64,000 nt of DNA. Origin: an uncultured candidate division Zixibacteria bacterium. Lineage in GTDB: Bacteria; Zixibacteria; MSB-5A5; RBG-16-43-9. The position numbers and the translations under genes are program-made. The notes under the pieces were generated by a model, which saw nothing but the letters and a program-made list of their open reading frames with translations, did not search any database and was not told where the DNA came from. This document shows, in pieces, positions 31,201 through 38,576 of this stretch (position 1 is its first letter; each line of letters begins with the position of its first letter). The stretch covers positions 1,696,001-1,760,000 of the forward strand of contig OY970208.1 in assembly GCA_963713865.1 (NCBI GenBank), in the 5' to 3' direction.

Positions 31201-33391
31201 TGTCGATTCCGAAGCCAGGTACGTCGACGTCAACGAGGCGGCATGCCGCATGACCGGTTATTCCAGGGATAAGTTACTGAATATGACCATTATGCAGCTC
31301 GCCCCTTCGGATACACCGCCCGAAGTATTCGAAACCTTCGAGAAACTCAAGAGAAACGGCAAGACAAGCTCTGGAATCGTCATTCAGCGAAAGGATGGCT
31401 CCGTTATTCATGCCTCACTCGACGCAGTTGCCCTATCGGATGGACGGTATATGGCATTCTGTTCCGATGTAACCAGGCGCAAGAAGGCTGAAGAGGCGCT
31501 TAAAACAAGCCAAGCCCAACTATCCAATGCAGTGAAGATCGCTAAACTGGGGTATTGGGAATATGACGTGGTAAAAGACCTGTTTACGTTCGACGATCAT
31601 TTTTACGCCATCTTCCGCACGACAGCAGAAAAAGTAGGTGGCTATAAAATGTCATCTGCTCGTTACGCTGAGCTTTTTGTTCATCCTGACGACCGGCCTT
31701 TAGTCGGCATAGAGATTCGTAAAGCCCTTGAGACTAATGATCCCCACTTCAGCCGTCAACTGGAACACCGCATTATCTATGCAGACGGCGAGATCGGTTA
31801 CATAACCGTCCGTTTTTTCATCATCAAAGATGACAAGGGAAAAACGATAAAAACCTATGGCGCAAATCAGGACATAACCGAACGCAAGAGGGCAGAGGAG
31901 GAGTTGAGAGAATCCGAACAAAAGTATAGAGGGGTAGTGGATAATATCGGGATTGGGGTATCGCTTATCAGCCCGAAGATGGAAATACTATTCTTGAACA
32001 AGCAGATGAAGATATGGTTTTCGAATGTGGATATTTCAAAAGAAGCCGTTTGCTACAGAGCTTTTAATAATCCACCCAGAGAAGAGATATGTTCCTATTG
32101 CCCGACCTGTAAGACGTTAAATGACGGGCAAGTCCATGAATCGGTAACAGATATTCCGACTGGAGAAAGAATTGTCAACTATAGATTAATTTCATCTCCG
32201 ATCAAAGATATGGATGGAAAAGTTATATCAGCCATAGAAATGGTGGAAGACATCACTGAAAGGAAAAAGCTTCAAGAACAGTTGATCCAAACAGAAAAAT
32301 TAGCCGCAGTAGGAACCTTAGCTTACGGGATTGCCCACGAGTTCAACAATATCTTAGCTGGCATGCTGGCAAATGCGGAGTTGGGTCTGGTCACGGACGA
32401 GCCCCGGCAGATCAAGGAGTGTTTTGAGATCATAGCGGATAATTCTCATCGAGCCGCAAGCATTACCAACAATCTTTTAGCCTTTGCCCGGCAGAAAGAG
32501 GCGAGAAAAGAGTTAATCGATATAACCGAGCCTTTGAGAAGCGTTTTAGCAGTAACCCGGCGTGACTTAGAGAAGCTCAACATAGAGATCGAGGAGAAAG
32601 TCAAACCTATCCCTAAGATTTACTGTGATGCCGGACAACTATCCGAGGTTTTCTTGAATATGGTCACCAATGCCCGGGATGCTATGCATCCTAAAGGAGG
32701 AACTCTGACAATTCAGGTTGAACCGGACCAGGATAATATCCGGATCATCTTCAAAGATACTGGTTGTGGGATACCGGAGGAGATAAGGGGAAAAATCTTC
32801 GAGCCTTTTGTAACCACCAAGGGAGTATTAGGTGGAAGTGAGGTTCCTGGAACAGGCTTAGGGCTTTTCCTCACCTACGGGATAATAAACGGTTATCAGG
32901 GAAAGATTGAGGTGGAATCAAAAGTGGGTAAAGGAACACAGTTTATTATATCAATCCCTGTTTCCAAAAACCTGCCTCCCCAACCTGTTCAGGAAATTAA
33001 GAATGAACCTTTCGGGGAGATTGAGAGGAAATTGAAAATCCTGTTAGTGGATAATGAGGAAACGATAGTTTCCGGTTTAAAGAAGTTTTTAGAATCCAGG
33101 GGGCATCAGGTAACCTCCTCTTTACGAGGGAAAAAGGGGTTAAGACTTTTCAAAAAAGATAAGTTCGATTTAGTTTTATCTGACATTACCATGCCGGATA
33201 TGGATGGGATAGAGCTGATTAAAAAGATTAGAGAGCAGGATCAGGAGATCAAGATCATAGTGATAACCGGACATATAATGCAAGTAAAAGAGAATGAAGC
33301 CTGGAAAGCCGGGGCTGATGAATTTTTAATCAAGCCGTTTAAAAATGAAGTGCTGTGTTTGGCTATATCAAAATTGATGACGGAAATTTGA
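28217..33391 (+). CDS. Membrane-anchored hybrid histidine kinase: 2 TM, 10 PAS/PAC, HisKA, HATPase, receiver
   Basis: Ten S/N-E-x-x...D(I/V)T-x-R/K-K units; AHEFNNIL, NMVTNARDAM, DTGCGI, FEPFVTTK, GTGLGL; receiver LSDITMP...KPF. Confidence 0.93.
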   Translation: MKLKNWEKITGGRAGLIMICALAVLSLILILEHILNLGQLLGGSNKFNMIWGELIIDLVSIFSIGIISLSLVRAAESKRSKTERTLSYSEERYKELFENSPLGIYRTTPDGQILLANSALIHMLGYSSFKELAKRNLEKEGFEPDYPRSQFKEIMEKEGEVKGLESAWLRRDRTATFVCENAKAIRDEKGKILYYEGTVEDITEKKKAEERLKQSEKEYRGLFEGAHDAIIIFKPEREIVLDVNQRACEVYGFNHSEFIGMSLERISRDVPRCKREIKTVLDKGVYHHFETVQYRKDRTEMFLEINASVVDFKGQPAILSINRDVTKRQKAEVALRASEQRYKLLFEKNLAGVYHTTLDGKMLNCNESFARLLGYDSAEEVMTHRALEFYFKDAERKEFLALLLRKGNLNDFEICMRRRDGKPVWILENVTLIKDEKSEQVSIQGTSIDITERKKAQEALRENEERLKLVLEGAELGTWDQDMKTGEVVRNRRWVEMLGYTLEEIDSRADAWKELIHPDDLPIVNRIVEDHEAGRTPFLRCEHRMKTKSGEWKWILNCGKIIQWDSDGKPVRATGTHTDITERKRVEEELRVSEEKHRLVLDNIPVLIAAIDQTGKFVLWNRYAKKMLGYSPQEAIWKIIPLDIHETKADADEVIRVASERGIYDKEIRFRCKDKTLIPVHLVVVPNKDSTGKIVGFYGFAEDITERKRAETALRESGERFRQFAENIDQVFWLTDWDAKKLLYVNPAYERLYGRSCQSAYEDRKSWQDVIHPEDRTRISESFARSADLGQYVEAEYRILRDDGTLRWVLDRNYPIRDKYGRIYRFASVADDITERKKAEDALKESEEKYRAIIEAVGRAGEGIIIIQDNEQGEAAFVFVNDQFCQMSDYSQEELMGRSPWDFVPHEVSVRLKDWYKRRHTGESLPGHYEAAGIRKDGAIVPLDLSIVTMPWQGNIATVLYLRDITERKKAEEALRESEEKHRTYVENAPDGIFIVDSEARYVDVNEAACRMTGYSRDKLLNMTIMQLAPSDTPPEVFETFEKLKRNGKTSSGIVIQRKDGSVIHASLDAVALSDGRYMAFCSDVTRRKKAEEALKTSQAQLSNAVKIAKLGYWEYDVVKDLFTFDDHFYAIFRTTAEKVGGYKMSSARYAELFVHPDDRPLVGIEIRKALETNDPHFSRQLEHRIIYADGEIGYITVRFFIIKDDKGKTIKTYGANQDITERKRAEEELRESEQKYRGVVDNIGIGVSLISPKMEILFLNKQMKIWFSNVDISKEAVCYRAFNNPPREEICSYCPTCKTLNDGQVHESVTDIPTGERIVNYRLISSPIKDMDGKVISAIEMVEDITERKKLQEQLIQTEKLAAVGTLAYGIAHEFNNILAGMLANAELGLVTDEPRQIKECFEIIADNSHRAASITNNLLAFARQKEARKELIDITEPLRSVLAVTRRDLEKLNIEIEEKVKPIPKIYCDAGQLSEVFLNMVTNARDAMHPKGGTLTIQVEPDQDNIRIIFKDTGCGIPEEIRGKIFEPFVTTKGVLGGSEVPGTGLGLFLTYGIINGYQGKIEVESKVGKGTQFIISIPVSKNLPPQPVQEIKNEPFGEIERKLKILLVDNEETIVSGLKKFLESRGHQVTSSLRGKKGLRLFKKDKFDLVLSDITMPDMDGIELIKKIREQDQEIKIIVITGHIMQVKENEAWKAGADEFLIKPFKNEVLCLAISKLMTEI

Positions 33392-33411
33392 GGTTTTGAT
33401 AAATAAAATTT

Positions 33412-33501
33412 GTAGAGACGCATTGCTATGCGTCTCTACTTTCTGGAGTGTAAAGCCTCAAGGTCTTGTCCACAGGATCCTGGTGAAGACTTTAGCTTTA
33501 C
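33412..33501. repeat. REP hairpin plus GGAGTGTAAA family element
   Basis: gtagagacgcattgctatgcgtctctac (cf. 21609-21632) followed by a 57-bp element closely matching the reverse complement of 51035-51093. Confidence 0.8.
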
Positions 33502-33619
33502 CCTTTTGTGACCGTCAGGTTTCCTGACCCGATTCGACACAAGCGAACCAGATCGGTCCACCTCAGGCGAATGGCAAGCACAGGGAATAGAATTAATAAA
33601 TAAAATCTAATATATATTA

Positions 33620-33642
33620 ACACTGACTGATTTTGTCAGTGT
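33620..33642. promoter_or_regulatory. Palindromic operator ACACTGAC-N7-GTCAGTGT upstream of the sigma54 activator gene
   Basis: Perfect 8-bp inverted repeat. The core TGACTGATTTTGTCA resembles motifs at 35420, 36553 and 37466. Confidence 0.55.
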
Positions 33643-33891
33643 ATTAAAAATATTTTTAAATATTAGTTGACAAAATAAGGGTAATACCCTATTTACATAA
33701 ATAGAAAATAATGGTTTAATAGATAATATTATTGTAACAACATGGAGTTACTTTCAGACAGGATGTCTAAAATATCTGTAGAAAATACAATCAAATATCA
33801 TCTCTTTTACATAAAAAACCCAAACAGATTATCATCCTCTAGGGTATAGTTATTCTATTTAGAGTGATTTCCATTTGGGAGAGGAAAATAT

Positions 33892-35235
33892 ATGGTTTCT
33901 GTCTTAATTGTTGAAGATGAAGATTCTCTGAGGAAAGCTTTATCTCAGCTACTGCTTAATAAAGGATATGAAGTTACTGAGGTAAGTGACGGGAATGAAG
34001 CTTTTTCCATCCTGGAAAAGAAAAATTTTGACCTGGTAATAACTGATCTCAGGATGAAAATAGTCTCCGGAGAAGAGGTTTTAAAAAAGGTAAAAGAAAT
34101 CTCACCTGCAACTGAGGTAATTATCATAACAGCTTATGGGACAATTCAATCAGCCGTTGCTGCTATGAAAGCAGGGGCTTTTGATTATATCACAAAACCC
34201 TTCAAGGTGGAAGAGATACTGAGCATTCTGGATAAAACCATTGAAAAGAAAAAGATTTTTGAAGGGATTAAGTTTGAAACAAAAGAAGGAGATTATTCTT
34301 TTACAGAAATAATATATGTTTCCAAAATAATGGATGATATAATCCAGCTTATCAAGAAGATAGCTCCCACAGATATAACGATTTTAATCGAGGGTGAATC
34401 CGGAACCGGCAAAGAGCTTTTAGCCCGGGTGATTCATAAAAATAGCTTGCGCAAAAATGAAGCTTTTGTAACAGTAAACAGCAATCTTCCTGAAACCCTT
34501 TTGGAAAGCGAGCTTTTTGGATATGTCAAAGGGGCATTCACCGGTGCTTTTTCCGATAAAAGAGGACTCTTTGAAATAGCTAATTCCGGGTCTGTATTTC
34601 TGGATGAGGTCTCTGATACCAGTCCTGCTCTGCAGACGAGGTTGTTAAGAGCTATTCAGGAAAAAGAGATCAGAAGAGTAGGAGGGGAAGAATTCATCAA
34701 AGTGGATGTCAGGTTAATAACAGCTTCTAATAGAAATCTATCGACTTTAGTTAAAGAAAGAAAATTCAGAGACGACTTATATTATCGAATAAATGTTATG
34801 CCTATCTATCTCCCTCCTTTAAGAGAGCGGACAGAAGATATAGTTCCCTTAGCCAAACATTTTATAAAAAAATATGCTGAGTCTTATCAGAAAGAGGTTG
34901 AGGAAATAGATGAGGAGTTGAAGGATGAGTTTCAGAATTACCACTGGCCTGGAAATATAAGGGAATTAGAACATACTATTGAACGGGGAGTTGCCCTGGC
35001 CACTTCTTCTATTCTGGATAAAACTTCCATACTCTTTCTTCCAGAAGACGAAAAACACTGGTTACCTGAGATTGAAAGCGAGACTCTCAATTCCCTCAAA
35101 AACAATGAAAAAGCTCAGATTATTAAAACTTTAAAAGAGAATAAGTGGAATTATTCCAAATCAGCTGAAGAGTTAGGGATAAGCCGAACAACACTCTGGA
35201 GAAGAATGAAGGAATATGGATTAAAAGAAGAATAA
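33892..35235 (+). CDS. Sigma54-dependent response regulator (REC-AAA+-Fis HTH, NtrC/AtoC family)
   Basis: ITDLRM receiver, GESGTGKE, ESELFGYVKGAFTGA, FLDEV, WPGNIREL, AEELGISRTTLWRRM. Confidence 0.95.
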   Translation: MVSVLIVEDEDSLRKALSQLLLNKGYEVTEVSDGNEAFSILEKKNFDLVITDLRMKIVSGEEVLKKVKEISPATEVIIITAYGTIQSAVAAMKAGAFDYITKPFKVEEILSILDKTIEKKKIFEGIKFETKEGDYSFTEIIYVSKIMDDIIQLIKKIAPTDITILIEGESGTGKELLARVIHKNSLRKNEAFVTVNSNLPETLLESELFGYVKGAFTGAFSDKRGLFEIANSGSVFLDEVSDTSPALQTRLLRAIQEKEIRRVGGEEFIKVDVRLITASNRNLSTLVKERKFRDDLYYRINVMPIYLPPLRERTEDIVPLAKHFIKKYAESYQKEVEEIDEELKDEFQNYHWPGNIRELEHTIERGVALATSSILDKTSILFLPEDEKHWLPEIESETLNSLKNNEKAQIIKTLKENKWNYSKSAEELGISRTTLWRRMKEYGLKEE

Positions 35236-35251
35236 TAATTGAACCAGTTGG

Positions 35252-35387
35252 TTTCAAATTGAAAGTCGGTATTTCAAAGTGAAACATTTAACAGTCCTAC
35301 ATCTAATATAGGCACTCCCGTAAGTTATTGTTAATCAATAAGTTATAATTTATCCTTCAAGATTATCTGGTTGGGCATTCTATTTGC
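35252..35387 (+). promoter_or_regulatory. Sigma54 promoter with tandem enhancer palindromes and IHF site
   Basis: TTTCA-N3-TGAAA at 35252 and 35272 (20-bp spacing); WATCAA-N4-TTR exact match at 35333-35345; GG-N10-GC (GGGCATTCTATTTGCT) at 35374-35387. Confidence 0.75.
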
Positions 35388-35492
35388 TTTAATAATTTCT
35401 AATATATTTTTTCCAATACTGACTGGTTCTGACACAGGGCGTCTTAGATTTGAATTTGAGAGGAGTATTATATATAAGAGAAAGGACATCGG

Positions 35493-36527
35493 ATGTCCAA
35501 ATATGCTCGACTCCTACAGGTTTTAAATCTATTGAAAAGCAGACCTGGGATTTCAGCTAAGGATTTAGCACTGGATTGTCAGGTATCCAGAAGAACAATT
35601 TTCCGGGATATTCTCTCCCTCTGTTCCGCAGAAATACCAGTTTTTTACGACAAGGGTTATCGGCTCCTTCCAGGAACATTTCTACCTACTTTAAACTTCG
35701 ATCTGGATGAATATCTGACCCTGAAAAGTATCTTATCCGCAGATCTGTTCAAGAATAAAAACTTTCTGGGCAATACCATACTGAGTGTCCTCTCGAAGAT
35801 TGAAATAAATTTAAATTCTGATTTAAAAGAGAAATTGAAGGAGATCTGTATTCCTTTACACTTTTCATTCCAGACAAGCAACGGGGATAAGGACCGAGCT
35901 TTTATATTCAAGATTTTGAAAGAAGCCGTCCTGGAGAAAAGAAGCATTATTTTGAATTACGGAATTCGGGACTTATTCAAATCCGATTTCAAAGTTGATC
36001 CGGTCAGTTTGGCTCTCAAGCAACAGCGGTGGTATCTTGTAGGAAACTGCAGAAATTACAATGTTTATTTCCCTTTCAGTCTGGATTACATTAATAGAGT
36101 TACTTTAACCAATAGCAATTTTAGTCTGACAAAGGATTTTTCACTGAACGACTTTTTTGAGAAGAGCCTGGGTGTATGCCAAACAAAGTTAATCGAGGTG
36201 GAGCTGCAACTTCTCAAAGAGAATAAATATTTTTTAGATAATATTTCAAATCTGATTATAGATCTCTCAAAACATAAAGATGGCTCAATTTCGTGCAGAT
36301 TGAAAGTGAAAGGAGTAAATGAGCTTGCCAGATGGCTTTTAGGTTTTTCAGGCGAGGTGAAAGTGATAAGCCCGTCTGAACTGAAAGAAAGATTGCTCAA
36401 GCTTTTAGATAATCAAATGAGAATTTATCAGAAAAGAAACAAAGTGAGAAAATGGGTTCCGGTTTGTTCTTTTTATGAGAAGTACAAGTTGCTATGCAGT
36501 GATCTCTGCCTGGATCCGGTGTTTTAA
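35493..36527 (+). CDS. HTH-WYL-WCX transcriptional regulator (YafY/PafC-like) with a Cys-rich C-terminal tail
   Basis: LALDCQVSRRTIFRDI wHTH, GYRL, VDPVSL...RWYLVG, LARWLLGFSGEVKVISP. Confidence 0.9.
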   Translation: MSKYARLLQVLNLLKSRPGISAKDLALDCQVSRRTIFRDILSLCSAEIPVFYDKGYRLLPGTFLPTLNFDLDEYLTLKSILSADLFKNKNFLGNTILSVLSKIEINLNSDLKEKLKEICIPLHFSFQTSNGDKDRAFIFKILKEAVLEKRSIILNYGIRDLFKSDFKVDPVSLALKQQRWYLVGNCRNYNVYFPFSLDYINRVTLTNSNFSLTKDFSLNDFFEKSLGVCQTKLIEVELQLLKENKYFLDNISNLIIDLSKHKDGSISCRLKVKGVNELARWLLGFSGEVKVISPSELKERLLKLLDNQMRIYQKRNKVRKWVPVCSFYEKYKLLCSDLCLDPVF

Positions 36528-36651
36528 ATAGTTTAAAAATATTTTAAACTTATGACAGGTTCTGACATATTGAATTTCGATAAACTTAACAGGGAAATTA
36601 ATAGGGGGTACTGCATGAAACAAAACCGCGATTTACTTCTACGGGTATTAT
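36506..36651 (+). repeat. 146-bp direct repeat, copy 1 (copy 2 at 37419-37564)
   Basis: Identical over 36506-36627, one mismatch to 36651; offset 913 bp. Confidence 0.95.
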
Positions 36652-37019
36652 CAGGCAAATTATTCTCCAAATCCGGATCCACCGGAGAGGACGAGAAAAG
36701 AGAAATTGCCATCAGGGCCATCCAGAAATTGATGGCCAGCATCTCTTATTATATAGTCGATCCTCTAACTGTGGTTCAAGCAAAAGCTGAGCTTTTAGAA
36801 GAATCTCTAAAAAAGAAAAAATTAAAAGGAGAGGAGATAGAAAGTTTCATATCTTTATGTAAAGAGCAGTTCCGCAAGATAAATCTGATTTTGAACGCCT
36901 TAAGTTCTCTTTCCGAGCTCAGGTATAGAAAATATCCCTTAGGCATAGAGATAATCGATATAGAAGATAAGATCAAAAAAGATCTGAGATCAAAACTGGT
37001 CTTGCGGAAAACAGATTAA
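36615..37019 (+). CDS. Stand-alone DHp/HisKA-like protein lacking the phospho-His (copy A)
   Basis: RBS AGGGGG 7 nt before ATG 36615; ASISYYIVDPLTVVQAKAELL (H-box His replaced by Tyr); tail RYRKYPLGIEIIDI resembles the HDOD protein tail. Confidence 0.75.
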   Translation: MKQNRDLLLRVLSGKLFSKSGSTGEDEKREIAIRAIQKLMASISYYIVDPLTVVQAKAELLEESLKKKKLKGEEIESFISLCKEQFRKINLILNALSSLSELRYRKYPLGIEIIDIEDKIKKDLRSKLVLRKTD

Positions 37020-37035
37020 TGCAGATGGAACTCAA

Positions 37036-37156
37036 CAGGAAGGAAAGAGGGTAAAGGGAGTTTATCCAGAAACCGGTCTTGTCCGGGGGGCTGGGACTGG
37101 TTTCATCCTTCCCCCAAGCTGGGCTCCTAAGGGGGGGAGCCCAGCTTTCCTCTTTT
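37036..37156 (+). ncRNA. Candidate structured RNA plus terminator, copy A
   Basis: P1 ggaagga/tccttcc encloses two hairpins, followed by an aagctgggctcc/ggagcccagctt stem and pyrimidine tail; conserved in copy B. Confidence 0.5.
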
Positions 37157-37160
37157 AACT

Positions 37161-37440
37161 CTTCTGCCTAAAGATTATTCTTTAGATAATTATTTTGAGA
37201 ATAGCTGAGGGGTATGTCAAGCCAAGTTGATTAAGGTAGAGTTGAAACTTCTAAAAGAGAATAGATATATTTTAGATAATCTTTCATCTCTGGTTGAAAA
37301 TACCTCAAAATCTAAAATGGGGTAATCAGCAGAGAATCTATCAGAAAGGAAGTAGAGTGAAAAAATGGGTTCCGGTTTGTCCGCTGTACGAGGAGTTCAG
37401 ATTGTTGTGTAATGATGCCTGCCTGGATCCGGTGTTTTAA
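37161..37440 (+). pseudogene. Remnant of a paralogous WYL gene (3' part only)
   Basis: LLPKDYSLDNYFENS*GVCQAKLIKVELKLLKENRYILDN aligns to the intact WYL gene; in-frame TGA at 37206, an internal deletion with frameshift, then VKKWVPVCPLYEEFRLLCNDACLDPVF*. Confidence 0.85.
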
Positions 37441-37527
37441 ATAGTTTAAAAATATTTTAAACTTATGACAGGTTCTGACATATTGAATTTCGATAAACTT
37501 AACAGGGAAATTAATAGGGGGTACTGC

Positions 37528-37992
37528 ATGAAACAAAACCACGATTTACTTCTACGGGTATTATTAGGAAAATACTTCGAAGAAGAGAAAAAAGAAATCT
37601 CCATAGAAGTCATCGAGAAATTGATGACCACTATCTCTTATTATCTGGGAGACCCTTTAACCGTAATTCTGGGAAAAACCGAGCTGTTAGAAGAATCTCT
37701 AAAAAATAGAGATTTGCACAGGGAGGAAATAGCGGATTTCCTCTCTTTATGCAGAGATCAGCTCACCAGGATAAGCCTGGTCTTGAATACTTTACAATCT
37801 CTTAATGAGCTCAGATATAGAAACTATCCCCTGGGTATTGAGATGATCGATATAGAAGACAAAATCAAACTCGGTCAGGAGAAGAATCAGAACCCATCTG
37901 AAGTTGACCAGGATATTTTAGTTCGCAGTTCCGTTGGAGTTCCACGGAACAGGTTGAGGAAGACGGAACTCTACAGGAAGGAAAGAGGATAA
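37528..37992 (+). CDS. Stand-alone DHp/HisKA-like protein lacking the phospho-His (copy B)
   Basis: Same RBS and start context as copy A; TTISYYLGDPLTVILGKTELL; RYRNYPLGIEMIDI tail. Confidence 0.75.
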   Translation: MKQNHDLLLRVLLGKYFEEEKKEISIEVIEKLMTTISYYLGDPLTVILGKTELLEESLKNRDLHREEIADFLSLCRDQLTRISLVLNTLQSLNELRYRNYPLGIEMIDIEDKIKLGQEKNQNPSEVDQDILVRSSVGVPRNRLRKTELYRKERG

Positions 37993-38090
37993 AAGTAGTT
38001 ATCCCGAAGCCGGTCTTGTCCGGGGGGCTGGGACTGGTTTCATCCTTCCCCCAGGCTGGGCTCTTAGGGGGGAGCTCAGCCTTCCTCTTT
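37974..38090 (+). ncRNA. Candidate structured RNA plus terminator, copy B
   Basis: Same stems as 37036-37156 with pairing-preserving substitutions. Confidence 0.5.
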
Positions 38091-38125
38091 AATTCGCTGA
38101 CCTGATCATAAAGAGGTTAAAAATT

Positions 38126-38317
38126 ATGAACTGCTGGGATTTTATTAAATGTCCTCAAGAGTACCGGGAGTATTGCCTGGCTTACCCGAACTACGGTAAA
38201 ATCTGCTGGAAAGCAACTTTGGTAAGTTGTAAAACCGGTAAAATTCTTGATTCCGGAAAGAAGCTGGAAGAGTGTTTGAGGTGTGAATTTTATAAATTCA
38301 GAAAACCAAACATATAA
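38126..38317 (+). CDS. Small Cys-rich 'two-CW'-type protein (63 aa)
   Basis: RBS AGAGG; MNCWDFIKC...CLAY...ICW...C...CLRCEFY (7 Cys). Confidence 0.75.
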   Translation: MNCWDFIKCPQEYREYCLAYPNYGKICWKATLVSCKTGKILDSGKKLEECLRCEFYKFRKPNI

Positions 38318-38576
38318 ATAAAGCAAAGGGTTGAAGCAGAATAAATGAAGAAGTAAAGCTATAACTATCAGGTAGCAATGGGGTGGCACTATAAAATAAA
38401 AGTTTTTCTCCATAGAGGAAGAGGTTCTTCTTCGGGAGGGGTGGATCCCTTAAAATGAGCTACAGGATAATAAAATATCCTAAAGGTAGTTTAGAAAATA
38501 GAGCTACCTTTAAATTTTATTGCTAATGACTGATAGGCATAAAAAGTTAGGTTCCTACCATCTAAAGAGGGCTATT

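Noticed and set aside
35493-36527. WYL gene as regulator of the Gabija-like pair
   Set aside because: They are about 20 kb apart, separated by housekeeping genes, and I saw no copy of the TGAC motif upstream of 56280.
36552-36614. ORF-track N-terminal extensions (MTGSDILNFD...) of the two DHp-like genes
   Set aside because: The upstream ATG has no RBS and overlaps the putative operator; AGGGGG precedes the ATGs at 36615 and 37528.
37206-37208. In-frame TGA as selenocysteine or recoded Trp
   Set aside because: It lies in a fragment with no start and a downstream deletion/frameshift, and TGA serves as a normal stop elsewhere (41356, 49617, 58208). A TGG>TGA nonsense change is simpler.
36506-37564. 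CRISPR array or mobile-element terminal repeats
   Set aside because: Only two long repeats 913 bp apart, with no spacer periodicity and no cas or transposase gene.
38385-38402. TGGCAC as a sigma54 promoter for the TonB receptor operon
   Set aside because: There is no GC at the -12 position (GG-N10-TA).
38318-38576. Cobalamin or TPP riboswitch upstream of the TonB receptor
   Set aside because: Hairpins are present but I could not find the conserved B12-box or TPP core sequences.
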